A DNA stretch of 62,414 nt, filler included, from Choristocarpus tenellus KU-1152 (lineage: Eukaryota; Protista; Phaeophyceae): the NCBI GenBank assembly GCA_964200185.2. It is 9 parts of 9 records of this genome, joined end to end, with 100 filler letters (N's around TTAATTAATTAA, not from the genome) between each part and the next. Parts side by side here need not be neighbours in the genome. Positions count along the whole stretch, not along the records: positions 44,136 to 55,373 come from CAXNAD020002435.1; positions 55,474 to 58,188 come from CAXNAD020025364.1; positions 58,289 to 62,414 come from CAXNAD020016086.1; 6 more parts are not named here. One strand, written 5' to 3'. The notes under the pieces were generated by a model. That model did no database searches. It saw only the letters and a list, made by a program, of their open reading frames with translations, and was not told where the DNA came from. The translations under genes were made by a program, and so were the position numbers. This document shows, one piece after another, positions 52,601 to 62,414 of the stretch (position 1 is the first letter of the stretch; the number at the start of each line of letters is the position of its first letter).

Positions 52601-53567
52601 TTTGTGGCAATTCTCTTCCACCGGTTGTTAACATTGGCCATTGAAAAACATACAGTGCAGGAACTTCCCAGTAAGTCGCTGTACACATCTACATGGGGAA
52701 CACCTACACGAAAAGAAAGGCCCTCCTATCTCGAGTTTGACCTCAGGAAGATATTATCGCAGATGCGCGACACAGTTCACCCGTTTCTACCACGGTTTAC
52801 ATCCCATCTCCAGTTGTACATTTTCATGTGTTTCTACGTCTGCCGACACTTACTGAATAGAGCTCCCTCGACATGGTCAAAGCCTCTCGGTGACTGTCCC
52901 ACAATCTGACCCCCAAACTCACCAAGATGCAATACCATAGAAGATTGTATCCATCCTGAAAACAGTCTAGAGCTCACCCAAGTTCAACACATACTAATGA
53001 CAACAGGCTGATCGAAGGTGGGGCACAGGCCACCCATTCCTACCGTGGTTGACATCTCGACTCCAGATACACGTTTTCATCTGTTTCTACAACTGCCAAA
53101 ACTTAGAAAATGGAGCTCCCTCAATATGACCCTAGCCTTTCGGTGTATGCACCGCAGTCTGACCCAAAAGAATGACCCAGGTGCAATACCATCGAAGAAT
53201 ATGTCCATCCTGATGATACTATCAGGCACATCCCAGGTCCACCTTGCCAACGACAACATGTCAGGCAATACCATCAATGCAAAGCATATGACATAGGTAT
53301 GGAGATACATATCAAAGACAAGCATGCCCATCTACAAATCTTGACAGACATATAGCCAACGGTGCGTAAGATCCAATCTCGACAGAACATGCGAGCACAC
53401 GACACACTAGTCGAGAGGTAAGAATCGCCATTGAAAAGAAAGGTTGTGTTAGTACTTGTGCCCCATTTACAACCTATCATACATTTATCTGTGTCAGGGG
53501 CAAACATCTTGTAGTAAGCAGGCGGTGGCGGCACAGCGCCAACAACCTTGCTTTCCTCAACCGCCAT
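46699..53567 (-). CDS. MED7: Mediator complex subunit 7 (exons 53567-53483, 52506-52406, 51082-50943, 48582-48492, 47013-46699; ~243 aa)
   Basis: Phase-consistent GT-AG introns give AVPPPPAYYKMF, LEPPPPPGPRDTYKMFG, LDFRKEMKDLLWSVMANYQQFLTMLV and KKVSDLETIFVSMHTLLNRFRAHQ-GRHILIQRMIHQL. These are the MED7 blocks (PPPP-Y/F, MFG, HHLLN-x-x-RPHQAR). Confidence 0.9.
47392..47757. repeat. 48-bp tandem repeat x ~7.5 in MED7 intron 4
   Basis: Unit ATGAGAAAGT(GTAA/TTTG/GTTG)CTAACAGGGTGTTCACTATCACCATCAAACAAGC. Confidence 0.95.
48271..48505. repeat. 39-bp tandem repeat x6 containing CCCTAA units and the MED7 exon-4 donor site
   Basis: Unit CCCTAACCCTAACCCTACTACTGCATCCCACCTGGTGTG. Confidence 0.95.
48836..49322. 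repeat. Cluster of microsatellites: (ACATA/ACACA)n, (TGAAT)n, (AAT)n
   Basis: Direct reading at 48836-48895, 49060-49110 and 49250-49322. Confidence 0.9.
49522..49828 (+). mobile_element. Degenerate MITE family A with interstitial telomeric repeats (TTAGGG/TTTAGGG/TAAGGG, 49645-49725) in its middle
   Basis: A-type segments (TATCGTGTTTGTTAGGAAGTGTC, TATCCTTGTTCCGGACACAC, ACAAACAGGGCAAAAACTC) flank about 12 telomere-like units. Confidence 0.75.
49880..50143. repeat. 41/42-bp tandem repeat x ~6.5
   Basis: Unit TTGTTCTAGACT(AA/TTT)GAGCTGCTAAATG(C/T)CATACCGTTAGTC. Confidence 0.95.
50397..50464. repeat. Interstitial telomere-like (CCCTAA/CTCTAA)n; also (TACA)n at 50728-50895 and ~39-bp AT-rich tandem units at 51285-51452
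   Basis: Direct reading. Confidence 0.9.
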
Positions 53568-53889
53568 GGCTCCTCCAGTTATCCTTGATCCCAAAGACCC
53601 AGAAAAGGTTACGTATCTTTTGTTGTTGGTTTGAGTTGTTGGGTAGGTTTGCATATCCTTGGAACGCGTTCATATTGTCACAGTTTGTAATATTTCATTA
53701 CAAACTCAACAAAGGCCTGTCTGGGAACAGTCTTCAAGTAATTTTCTTCTCAATGTTATTATGAGGAAGAATCGACCACAAATCTTGAGCTCAATTGAGG
53801 CACCTCAGGTCATGTCTTAAAGAACTTGGTTGTACTTGCGAAAACAACTCCAAGCTTCGGAATCCTCTGACTGATCTCAGCAGTAATAG

Positions 53890-54200
53890 TAGCAGCATCG
53901 TCACTAATGGTTCCCAAAAAAAGCAAACTGGTTGGTCTGCTTGAAGGCCAGACCCAGTACCTGAATCGGCATGGTTTCAGCATTATGGATAGGAGGGCAA
54001 AGACACACAGTCTCCGCCATTGGTGCTGATAAAGTCAGATCAAATTATTTGTCTACAACCATAAGCACTGCCATCATCCTAGTCAGACGTCCTTGGGTCT
54101 TCTTGGAGATAATGCCCGTATCGTCAGCATATATGCTACAGCACAAAAGTTGCTCAAGTGTTGTCCCACTGGTGCTTCTCCTCCTCTGACTGGGTTGTTT
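53890..54200 (-). mobile_element. Non-LTR retrotransposon (LINE) reverse-transcriptase remnant
   Basis: CSIYADDTGIISKKTQGRLTRMMAVLM then DLTLSAPMAETVCL and FKQTNQF, matching RT domains 5-7 (YADD; GLTVS..KTE..; F.YLG) with stops and frameshifts. Confidence 0.8.
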
Positions 54201-55833
54201 GGGCTGCTTGCTTGATGACAACAAGGTCCATGTGTCACAGGCGATATGTCTTGATGGCGGTTTCATAAACACCATTATGACATTGAAGTTCGAGATTTGA
54301 TATATTCACACTTCTTGATTATTTCTTTATTAATTGGTCATTATGGTCCCCGATTGTGATCGACATTGTTGATCAGTCCCTTTTTATACCATGATTTTTG
54401 CGATAATCCAAGTGAGAGATCCAGCATACTTGACGACTTGTGCTTCAGGAGTCCTATACCTACATCAGTATCATCTATAAGACCGTGGATTGGAGCTATA
54501 CATCCTGTGGAGGTGAGCTTCTGAGAGGCGCCTGTAACACATGGAGATGGCCTGGTTAGAGGATAAGTTTTTAAGTACGAAACCTGCACTTAAGATGTTG
54601 AAGACGGCTAGATCAAAACACATAACCCTGCCAAACACCCTGTCCAGTTACAATCGATTTTTGTATGTATTGCTTCTCGCGCTCTAACCAGTGCGAGCGG
54701 TAAGTATGCCCAAAGACAACCCAAAAGGGAATGTTAGATTCGCTATAGTTTCAGTTTGAAATCTGTACCCCCTAATAACAAACCAATTTTTTTAAGCTGT
54801 ATTAAGGCTTCTGAAAATTCAATCCTTTTAGACTGTGGTCGTGGACTCCTCCCACCTCCACACTTTCTGATACACTGTCGTACACTGACCTTGAGAATAT
54901 CCATATATTTACATATTTTCCTGTTAACCTGATAACCACCATTTTCGTTGGTTATCAGGCTATCGATATATCACAGGCACGGTCTGTAAGCCTCATATTC
55001 AGACTGCAAGCTTGTGTATTGGAGCTACATATCCCCCTAAGGAAAGCTGTGGAGTTATTGTAACACATCCATGTAACCTACTACACAGTACTTTGTGTAT
55101 ACCTTAGGCATGCTGTGTGCAGCGAGATCATTGCTGTCTCAATCCTGCCATCATACCTGGACCACCACACTTCTGGCCATAGCTGTTTGTGTGAACTACC
55201 TCCATGGAATTTGTGGTACTGTTAATCTGGATGGGGACGATGAGATGAGGCTGTGCTTCGATTATCACACTCCTGATGAGTGTACTACTGTGTTGAATAG
55301 CTTAGTGCATGTAAGGCTCGTCGCGCAAAGCTGCTGGTTGAGTTGCATGGCGAGACCCAAACTATCTGGGGGGNNNNNNNNNNNNNNNNNNNNNNNNNNN
55401 NNNNNNNNNNNNNNNNNTTAATTAATTAANNNNNNNNNNNNNNNNNNNNNNNNNNNNNNNNNNNNNNNNNNNNGGAAAATCGAAAAAAGGGTGAAAAACG
55501 GACGCCGACACCCCCCCCCCCAGATACTTGGACCCTTATCATGATCCGCTGTTTAAGGCAGAATTGTGATCATCAAAAAATGTTGCGTGTAAGTGAGTGT
55601 GTTTTTTATGTACTCTCACTGCTAGGAGATACAGTGACAGGACATAGTAAGGAGGATGGGTGGTAATATTAATTATGAATGGTAAGTAGCGCAAAATTGT
55701 TGTCAATGTAACTACCAAACAAGGACGTAGGCAGTGTTGCATTGTAAGTATCCCGGGATAGGGCAGAAAAAGTCTTTTGCTGGACTGTGATGTCACTCTA
55801 TGCGTGGAAAGGGGGGATATCGATTTTGCATAC

Positions 55834-56091
55834 GAACCAAAGTATCTTAGAGGGTAGAGACGCGTCCATTTGGGGTCCAAAATCCAATATCGCGATTTTG
55901 ATGTGATTTTGGCTATCGTATTTGTTAGGAGGTGTCGATATTCTTGTTCTGGACACACCTTTTCTTAACGTATACAATTTACCTCCTCCACAATACTTTG
56001 GAGTGGGAAAATGTCATAAAATCCCTAAGGGAAGTCAAGCCCCAAATGGACAAAAAGGGAAAAACTCGTACCCTCTAAGATACTTTCACTC
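55834..56091 (+). mobile_element. Complete MITE family A (258 bp)
   Basis: TIRs at both ends; flanked by ATAC/ATAC. Confidence 0.9.
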
Positions 56092-57902
56092 ATACACTGT
56101 AATGGACGTGAGGAAATGAAATACTGTATATTACAGGGGAAGAAATATGGCTCAGAATGCAAAAGGGTAAACGCCTGCCTCCAACTCAATTGGTTTGGCT
56201 CTTTGGTGAGTGTCTCAAATTCGTAAGAAATTTTAAAAAAAGAGGAGTGGTGGTGGGGTTATTGGTTCATAGTGATGTAGAGTATAAAGGGCAGTTACTA
56301 TTTAAAAGATGAAGCATATTGTTTAAATTAATGAAGCACGATATAGACTATTCTTTTACATCCACAGACTAAAAATGGGGGTTGCTTGAAAATGAGGTGT
56401 CAGGTACCTACAAGTAATGTACTGCTAGCTCCATCTGGTCCATGTGATGTTCTCCCACTAAAATTTGTTCTTACTAACTATGGATCTGGAGAGGTTTTCT
56501 TATTCTATATTCTATATTCTTATTATTTTTACTTTTTCCAGCTTGGTTTTACTGCTTTCCTCTGCATTTTTACCATTGAGTTGCGACCCTCACAGTGGAA
56601 ACAGTGGCGGATTGCAATTGCGAATCGCAAATTTGTAAGAATGAGAGTCAACGGTAGAGAATGTGTTACCTCAAGGCAACCGTTTGGCAAACGATGGACC
56701 TATATCTAAATGTCTTCAGCATACATCACAACCATATTTGGAGTATCAGAACGCCTTCACTCTGAGAATACAGACTTTGTTGTTGTCGAGTTGGATTCTT
56801 TGATTTCTTATCATTACATTCTTCTTACTCCCTCAATGACATATGAAAAAGAAAAAAAATAATCATAGCATGTAAAAAAATCTTCATTGTATCTATATGC
56901 TACAGTCCAACAATAGCCTTGAACATTTTTTTTCCTTTTTGCAATAAAATTTCAATAAATCTACCAAAACACACTCACGTAATGCTGTCTGGAATAATTA
57001 TAAATCATATGGAAGTGGGCGCTTTGCGGAATGGAAATCGAGCAAACGGAAAGAGCTTAGTGCTAGAACACAGAAAGTATAAACCAAAACATCTCTGACC
57101 TTGTAATGGACAACGTCCACCATAGCCCATATATGGATGGTCAAATATTCCACAGATCTACAAACGTTGAGGACTATGTTGTCCAATGTTTGAATGGTTC
57201 CATACCTCACTCATCGTTCACATACAAGTAGAATAGCAGTACCAACTCGTGGCAGAATAGAGGCACATCTGCACACAGAAATACTCTGTTCTACTAGATA
57301 CGATATATATATATATATATATTATCCCTTGCCGTCACATTTACAGTACTACAGGTATACACGACCACACATCACACCCCAAATCACATTGTATGTCACG
57401 AGACAACCGTGCATCAAAATGCACAATGCACAGGCAAAGAAGTGTTGTACTCTACTTCCTCGAGTAACACACATTCTCTTCTGCCCTCACCTCCCCATTT
57501 GAAGACAAGATGATACCACACCACCAGTGTACAGAATAAATACCCTGGGCGTGCATGTAACTGCAAGTTTACCTGAAAGTCAGCGGGCCTAAGCAGTGCA
57601 GGGCCAAACAAGAAACGAAAAGTAAGCAACAAACCTATCTACCTACTACAGTGGCAAAATAAGGACGCGGGATCATATTGTTGGGGATAGTAGTGTCTCA
57701 CTTTGCATGCTCATGCTTAAGAAGGAGCTGCTCCAGTCACTTGTTGCTTCCAGTACGCATGGACATCAGCATAAAGTACTTAGCACCTCTACATGTGAGA
57801 GGAGCAATGCTTGCTGACCAGACAAGGACAAGGGATTGCTTGAGGGAAGAGCAAGGTTGCTCCACTTCTAGTCTACACACGTTACTGGTACGACAGAGTA
57901 GT

Positions 57903-58162
57903 GAGCCAAAGTATCTTAGAGGGTAGAGTCGCGTCCAATTGGGGGCCAAAATCCAATTTTGTGATTTCGATGTAATTTTGTCTATCGTGTTTGTTAGGAA
58001 GTGTCAATATCCTTGTTCCGGACACACCTTTTCATAACGTACATATTTTATCTACTCCGATATATTTTGGAGTAGGAAAATGTCATTAAAAAACCCCATG
58101 GGAAGCCAAGCTCCAAACGGACAAACAGGGCAAAACTCGTACCCTCTAAGATACATTCACAC
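57903..58162 (+). mobile_element. Complete MITE family A (260 bp)
   Basis: GAGCCAAAGTATCTTAGAGGGTA ... TACCCTCTAAGATACATTCACAC; no clear TSD. Confidence 0.9.
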
Positions 58163-60041
58163 TGACCCTTTTTGGGATGTTCAATGGGNNNNNNNNNNNN
58201 NNNNNNNNNNNNNNNNNNNNNNNNNNNNNNNNTTAATTAATTAANNNNNNNNNNNNNNNNNNNNNNNNNNNNNNNNNNNNNNNNNNNNACCCGCATAGAA
58301 TCGGATACAGTAGAGTCAAAGAGCAAGATGAACAAGAACATGCATTTAATATCTCTGTGCAAGCACCCTATTTGTTCCAGGGCCCATGCTGCAACGGATG
58401 GCAGAAAATGAAACGAAAGTATGTTGAGTGTGGTTATGGGTTATGTGAGTATGCTCACTTTATCGCTTTCTCTTCGTATGTCTTGGTTCCGTTCAGAATG
58501 TCCGCCTGAAGTCTAGCCAAAAAGAGAATGTTTACGGAACAGGGAGGGACAAGATGAAAATAGAAGACGCAAGCTCTTTTTCAAAGTCAGATATCTTGCA
58601 TACTTTTATACTTCACTCTTTTTGCGAGGGTTGGCTAAAGACGTAACACATACACAGTTTGGGTGGAGATCCTTGGAACACACATCCTAAATATGCCCAA
58701 GGGAGTATTCTTTCTCTCAAGCTTTTCCAGGAGATACAAAGTTACGTAATGCATGGATGGTCTCAAGCACAGATTAGACACAAGTCACAAGCCCCATGGG
58801 ACTTCACTTGACTCACGGAAGTCAAATTGAAAAATGAAAATGCATAACACAATTCCCTAGGTTCATAGGACCTCGTTTGCCACAAGAGAAGTTGTGCAGT
58901 GATAGTCCATATCGTGTTTATGTGTTTTAAAAGAGCTAGTTGCTATGGATTCTGAGCACTAGGTAGTAAGGATGAGATAGAACAAGTTGAAGTATTGGAC
59001 ATGTTGTATAATGAACAGCATCACGGCTAATGTAGTCTAGTGCCGAAGCACTCCAAATTGTAGTTCTGCCAATACTTATATGATAATATTATATTATGTC
59101 ATCATATGAAGCTCATTTATCATTTTTCCTTCCCACCCCACTCTCACATTAGCTCGATGTTCATAATCATATCTGTCACAGCGGACAGAAGAGGAAGGGT
59201 CATGCGTGTCCCGAGTGTAGAATGTATGGTAAGATGGATTTGGGAACCAAGTCAGGATGAGAGAGATGTGAGGTGGGGGTGGGAAGGTCAAGGGGCGGGA
59301 ATTGGTTTGCAGTTGCTATGACTGTGATCTTGATCCAGAGTAGTTCAAGGAGTGTATACAGACTCTTTAGGATTATACACTTAGGCATGCGTGAGCAACC
59401 ACCAAAAAGGTAACTCTCAAGACCAACCATTTCAGTGCATGGACTATGTGATGATGCCAGGGAACATCAACTTTGTATACACTCTGGTGCATATATAGCA
59501 ATGAAATAGAGCGTATTGCACAGGGTCAGAAAGAAGGCTTAGAATGCAAAAAGGTCCAAACCTGACTACCTCTCAATAGATGTAGCTCACTACCTTGAAG
59601 TATACAACGCAGGGAAAATCTCATACATAAGGAACACAAAATTCAGGCATGGGACAGAAGCCTCATGCTCTGTGAACTATCTAGGTACTGTGCATTGGGC
59701 ATCAGGTGTTCCTTAACTCGCCTATGCACACGTTACATATTCGTATAGCTGAAACCTCAAGCTAACTGCTAGCGCTACCCCAAACAGCAAATATCTGACC
59801 AGGACATTCAGAGAGGTCAATGTGCCCCTGTTAACAGGCACAAAAAATATGCTATTTTCCAGTTGTTTTGAGAAATATTGATTCCAGCAGAGATATATAG
59901 ATAGATGCGGCTACAATACCCAAACTGTTTCTTTGCTGTTATCTAACTTGTCCATATCGTTTTGAGATATGTTTATCTTTCCCCTCCCCTCCCACCTCCT
60001 TCCACAATAACCAAAACAAGAAATTTCAGTGTTGAAATACC

Positions 60042-61705
60042 TGACTTCAAGTAATCTTCCACCCCTGAAAAGCCGATAACTGCTGCAATACCTGACTGAT
60101 CTTCAAGCACACCCACTTTCCAAAGATGACAGCCTTATCCCCACAATCGAGAGAGCAGACCCACTTGGGAATTAACCTTCTATGGTAATACCACAACCCT
60201 CCCCAACATGCTCAAATACCAGGGCACATTATCTTTACCTCATTAGCCCTAGCGTGATTGCTGCTTGTTAACGTGACCGTCATCCATATTTGAACGATAC
60301 ACTGACCACAACAAAAAAAGCCCCTCCAAAAGCCCTAGGTCTCCTTTTTGTCAAATATTGTACCGTGTGCTTGATATATGCAGATCAGGCACTACAGTGG
60401 ACACAAATACAAATAGGGTGTGAGTCATTCCACCCCTCCACATTGGATGGAGCGTCAAAGCTTGGATAAAGACCACACTTTGGATTTGCGTACTTGAATA
60501 CTTTCACACACCCTGCGACTTCAGAAGTACCCCAAAGTTCGATCAACACAACCAGTTACGACCTCTACTACTACTCTACACTACTGGCAAAGTATTAATG
60601 TACAGTACAGCAGAATCGTATCACCTGCACCTCCCTAACTCTCACCAATGTTGACAGCCCGTTCCCACTCTGGTCTTCTCGAAGGTTCTTTCCAGGCATA
60701 GAAGGCGCCAATGTCTTCCTGGAACATGGGAAAGAAGGGCATTTGAAGGCATTGGTCGTTCAACAGTAATGACAGCTCTTACCTAGCAATATTGATATGA
60801 AAAGTGATTTTTGGTTTCATTGGTGAGATGTTTCTCCAGCCTATTTGCTCCTGAGTATTGAAAACAAATCTTCACTCTGTTGCACTACTACTTCCTACTC
60901 CTCTCCTACATTACATCGGACTACAACTTGTAAGGTACTCCAAACTCCATAGATATCACTCTGTAATTTGAACGTGATAACCCAGTATACTCAAGCAGAT
61001 GTTCTCAGATATATATATATATATACATATATTTAAGAGTCCCTTGAAAGGGCCCTCTTTACCAGAGTGAAGCTGCGGAGGGGAAATTGCTTGGGAGTGC
61101 AATCTGGTGCACTATAATGATGTCGACCTTGACAATCCAAATTGTGGTCATCCAATACTCGTACTATAGATGATTATCTGAAGAGAGTTGATTCAAATGA
61201 CTTGTGCAAAGCTCACCTGGTAGCGGAGGACTGTCAACGTTTCGGCAGCTTGGAGGACTTTGGTCTTGTAGGACTCCCTCCTGGTCAATTGATAGCCAAT
61301 CCCATAGGAGTTGTACACCGTTGTGTACCGGTTCATTTAGGGCACAACATCGAATATGCATGGTCAAACATCTTCATCCATGCTTTGCAGAAGCGACAAA
61401 AATGAGATCTTAATCGGTGAGTTGGTGTGAGAGTGCATTTGTTGCGAATGGTTCCATCGCCTCTTCAGCTTCGCTTATGTTTCATCCTTGATTAGTGTCT
61501 GAATGACAATTGTGTCCTAGATGGGAGGGTACTCAGTAGATAAAGTGCTATCAATGGTTGTTTTTCAAATGAACTTCAACAGATGGAATTTAGGAGAAGA
61601 ATGACTGAACACAACAACAGGCAGTGCACACACCTGAAAGCCAAGATCCTGGTCGTCCTCATATTCAGCACCGTCCATGCCATCCGTAAAGTACTCTGCC
61701 AGGTT
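60042..61705 (-). CDS. Fragments of an unknown multi-exon gene (candidate exons ~61705-61634, 61336-61217, 60712-60646, 60090-60042)
   Basis: Short open segments bounded by strong donors: NLAEYFTDGMDGAEYEDDQDLGFQ|GT, MNRYTTVYNSYGIGYQLTRRESYKTKVLQAAETLTVLRYQ|GTGAG, EDIGAFYAWKEPSRRPEWERAVNI|GTGAG, GIAAVIGFSGVEDYLKS|GT. One acceptor is unclear and coordinates are approximate. Confidence 0.45.
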
Positions 61706-61724
61706 CTGCTGCCATTAACACAAT

Positions 61725-61985
61725 GAGTCAAAGTATCTTAGAGGGTAGAGTCACGTCCATTTGGGGTCCAAAATCCAATGGTGCAATTTTGATGTCATCT
61801 TGGCTATCATGTTTGTTAGGAGATGTCAATATCCTTGTTCCGGACACACGTTTTCATAACATACACATTTTACCTACTCCAAAACGTTTTGTAGTGGGTA
61901 AAATGTCATTAAAAAACCCCGTGGGAAACCAAGTCCCAAATGGACAAACAGGGGAAAATTCGTACCCTCTAAGATACTTTCACTC
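61725..61985 (+). mobile_element. Complete MITE family A (261 bp)
   Basis: GAGTCAAAGTATCTTAGAGGGTA ... TACCCTCTAAGATACTTTCACTC; flanked by AAT/AAT. Confidence 0.92.
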
Positions 61986-62414
61986 AATCCAATAACGTGA
62001 GGACAAAGTAGGTCTTTGTTATGAAGGATGAACTATGCTCCTCCTTCGTTTGCGGTTCGTGTAAGGAGGATTGCCCATGGGTTTCCCTTCGATGCAGAGC
62101 AGGATAGGAGAGCACAGTACGATAAAAATGTTACTATAGCACGGAACTCGTAAGGCCAGGCAATATCGGAGATACGCAGGAGTAGTTTCAAATACAGCAG
62201 TATTCTGTACTTCACAGTTCAGTACAACACTTTGATACAACAATGTGATTAAGATATATAAAGAGCAAGGAAACACGAGTAGAGCACTTCTTGAAGTACT
62301 CAAGTGTACCTCTTGTTATCTATCCAAGGAAGAAGAGAAGTTATTGTAATGGGGAACTTCATCATATCACTCGGACTCAAAGTATCTGGGGGGGGTGGCG
62401 GCTGTCCATTTGGG

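Noticed and set aside
53566-53607. Plus-strand MAPPVILDPKDPEK|GT overlapping the MED7 start codon (CCATGG)
   Set aside because: No downstream exon found; most likely the antisense of the MED7 5' UTR.
57100-57560. Possible minus-strand exon pair (YMHAQGIYSVHWWCGIILSSNGE / ICGIFDHPYMGYGGRCPLQ)
   Set aside because: Only two short segments, no recognisable domain, and could arise by chance.
1-62414. tRNA, rRNA, Fanzor/TnpB or viral core genes; alternative genetic code
   Set aside because: No such motifs recognised. The GNAT and MED7 models end at TGA and others at TAA, so a single in-frame TGA does not indicate recoding.

Overview
Eukaryotic nuclear DNA from a draft assembly. Nine unrelated contigs are joined by artificial 100-bp linkers (N44-TTAATTAATTAA-N44), so adjacency across linkers means nothing. 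Contigs: 1-12297, 12398-26363, 26464-33807, 33908-37180, 37281-40812, 40913-44035, 44136-55373, 55474-58188, 58289-62414. Intron-rich GT-AG genes, bipartite signal/ASAF-type plastid presequences and interstitial TTAGGG repeats suggest an ochrophyte, most plausibly a brown alga (inference). Genes rebuilt by hand from splice sites and phases: a plastid-type GNAT acetyltransferase, a small plastid-targeted protein, a 17-repeat ankyrin protein, a partial secreted protein, a TPP1/Est3-like OB-fold protein, MED7 and several unknown multi-exon genes. Mobile DNA: a degraded mariner transposase, copia remnants with LTRs, a LINE RT remnant and two related MITE families (about 20 copies or fragments). 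Most notable: (i) a roughly 600-bp AT-rich Rickettsiales-like dsbA fragment fused to host DNA; (ii) an intron-containing ParB/Srx-fold gene beside a 210-bp palindromic satellite; (iii) a telomere-repeat-seeded 39-bp array that copies a MED7 splice donor six times in frame; (iv) a candidate stramenopile shelterin TPP1; (v) MITEs with apparently variable 3-5 bp target-site duplications. All calls come from reading motifs by eye; no database searches were run.
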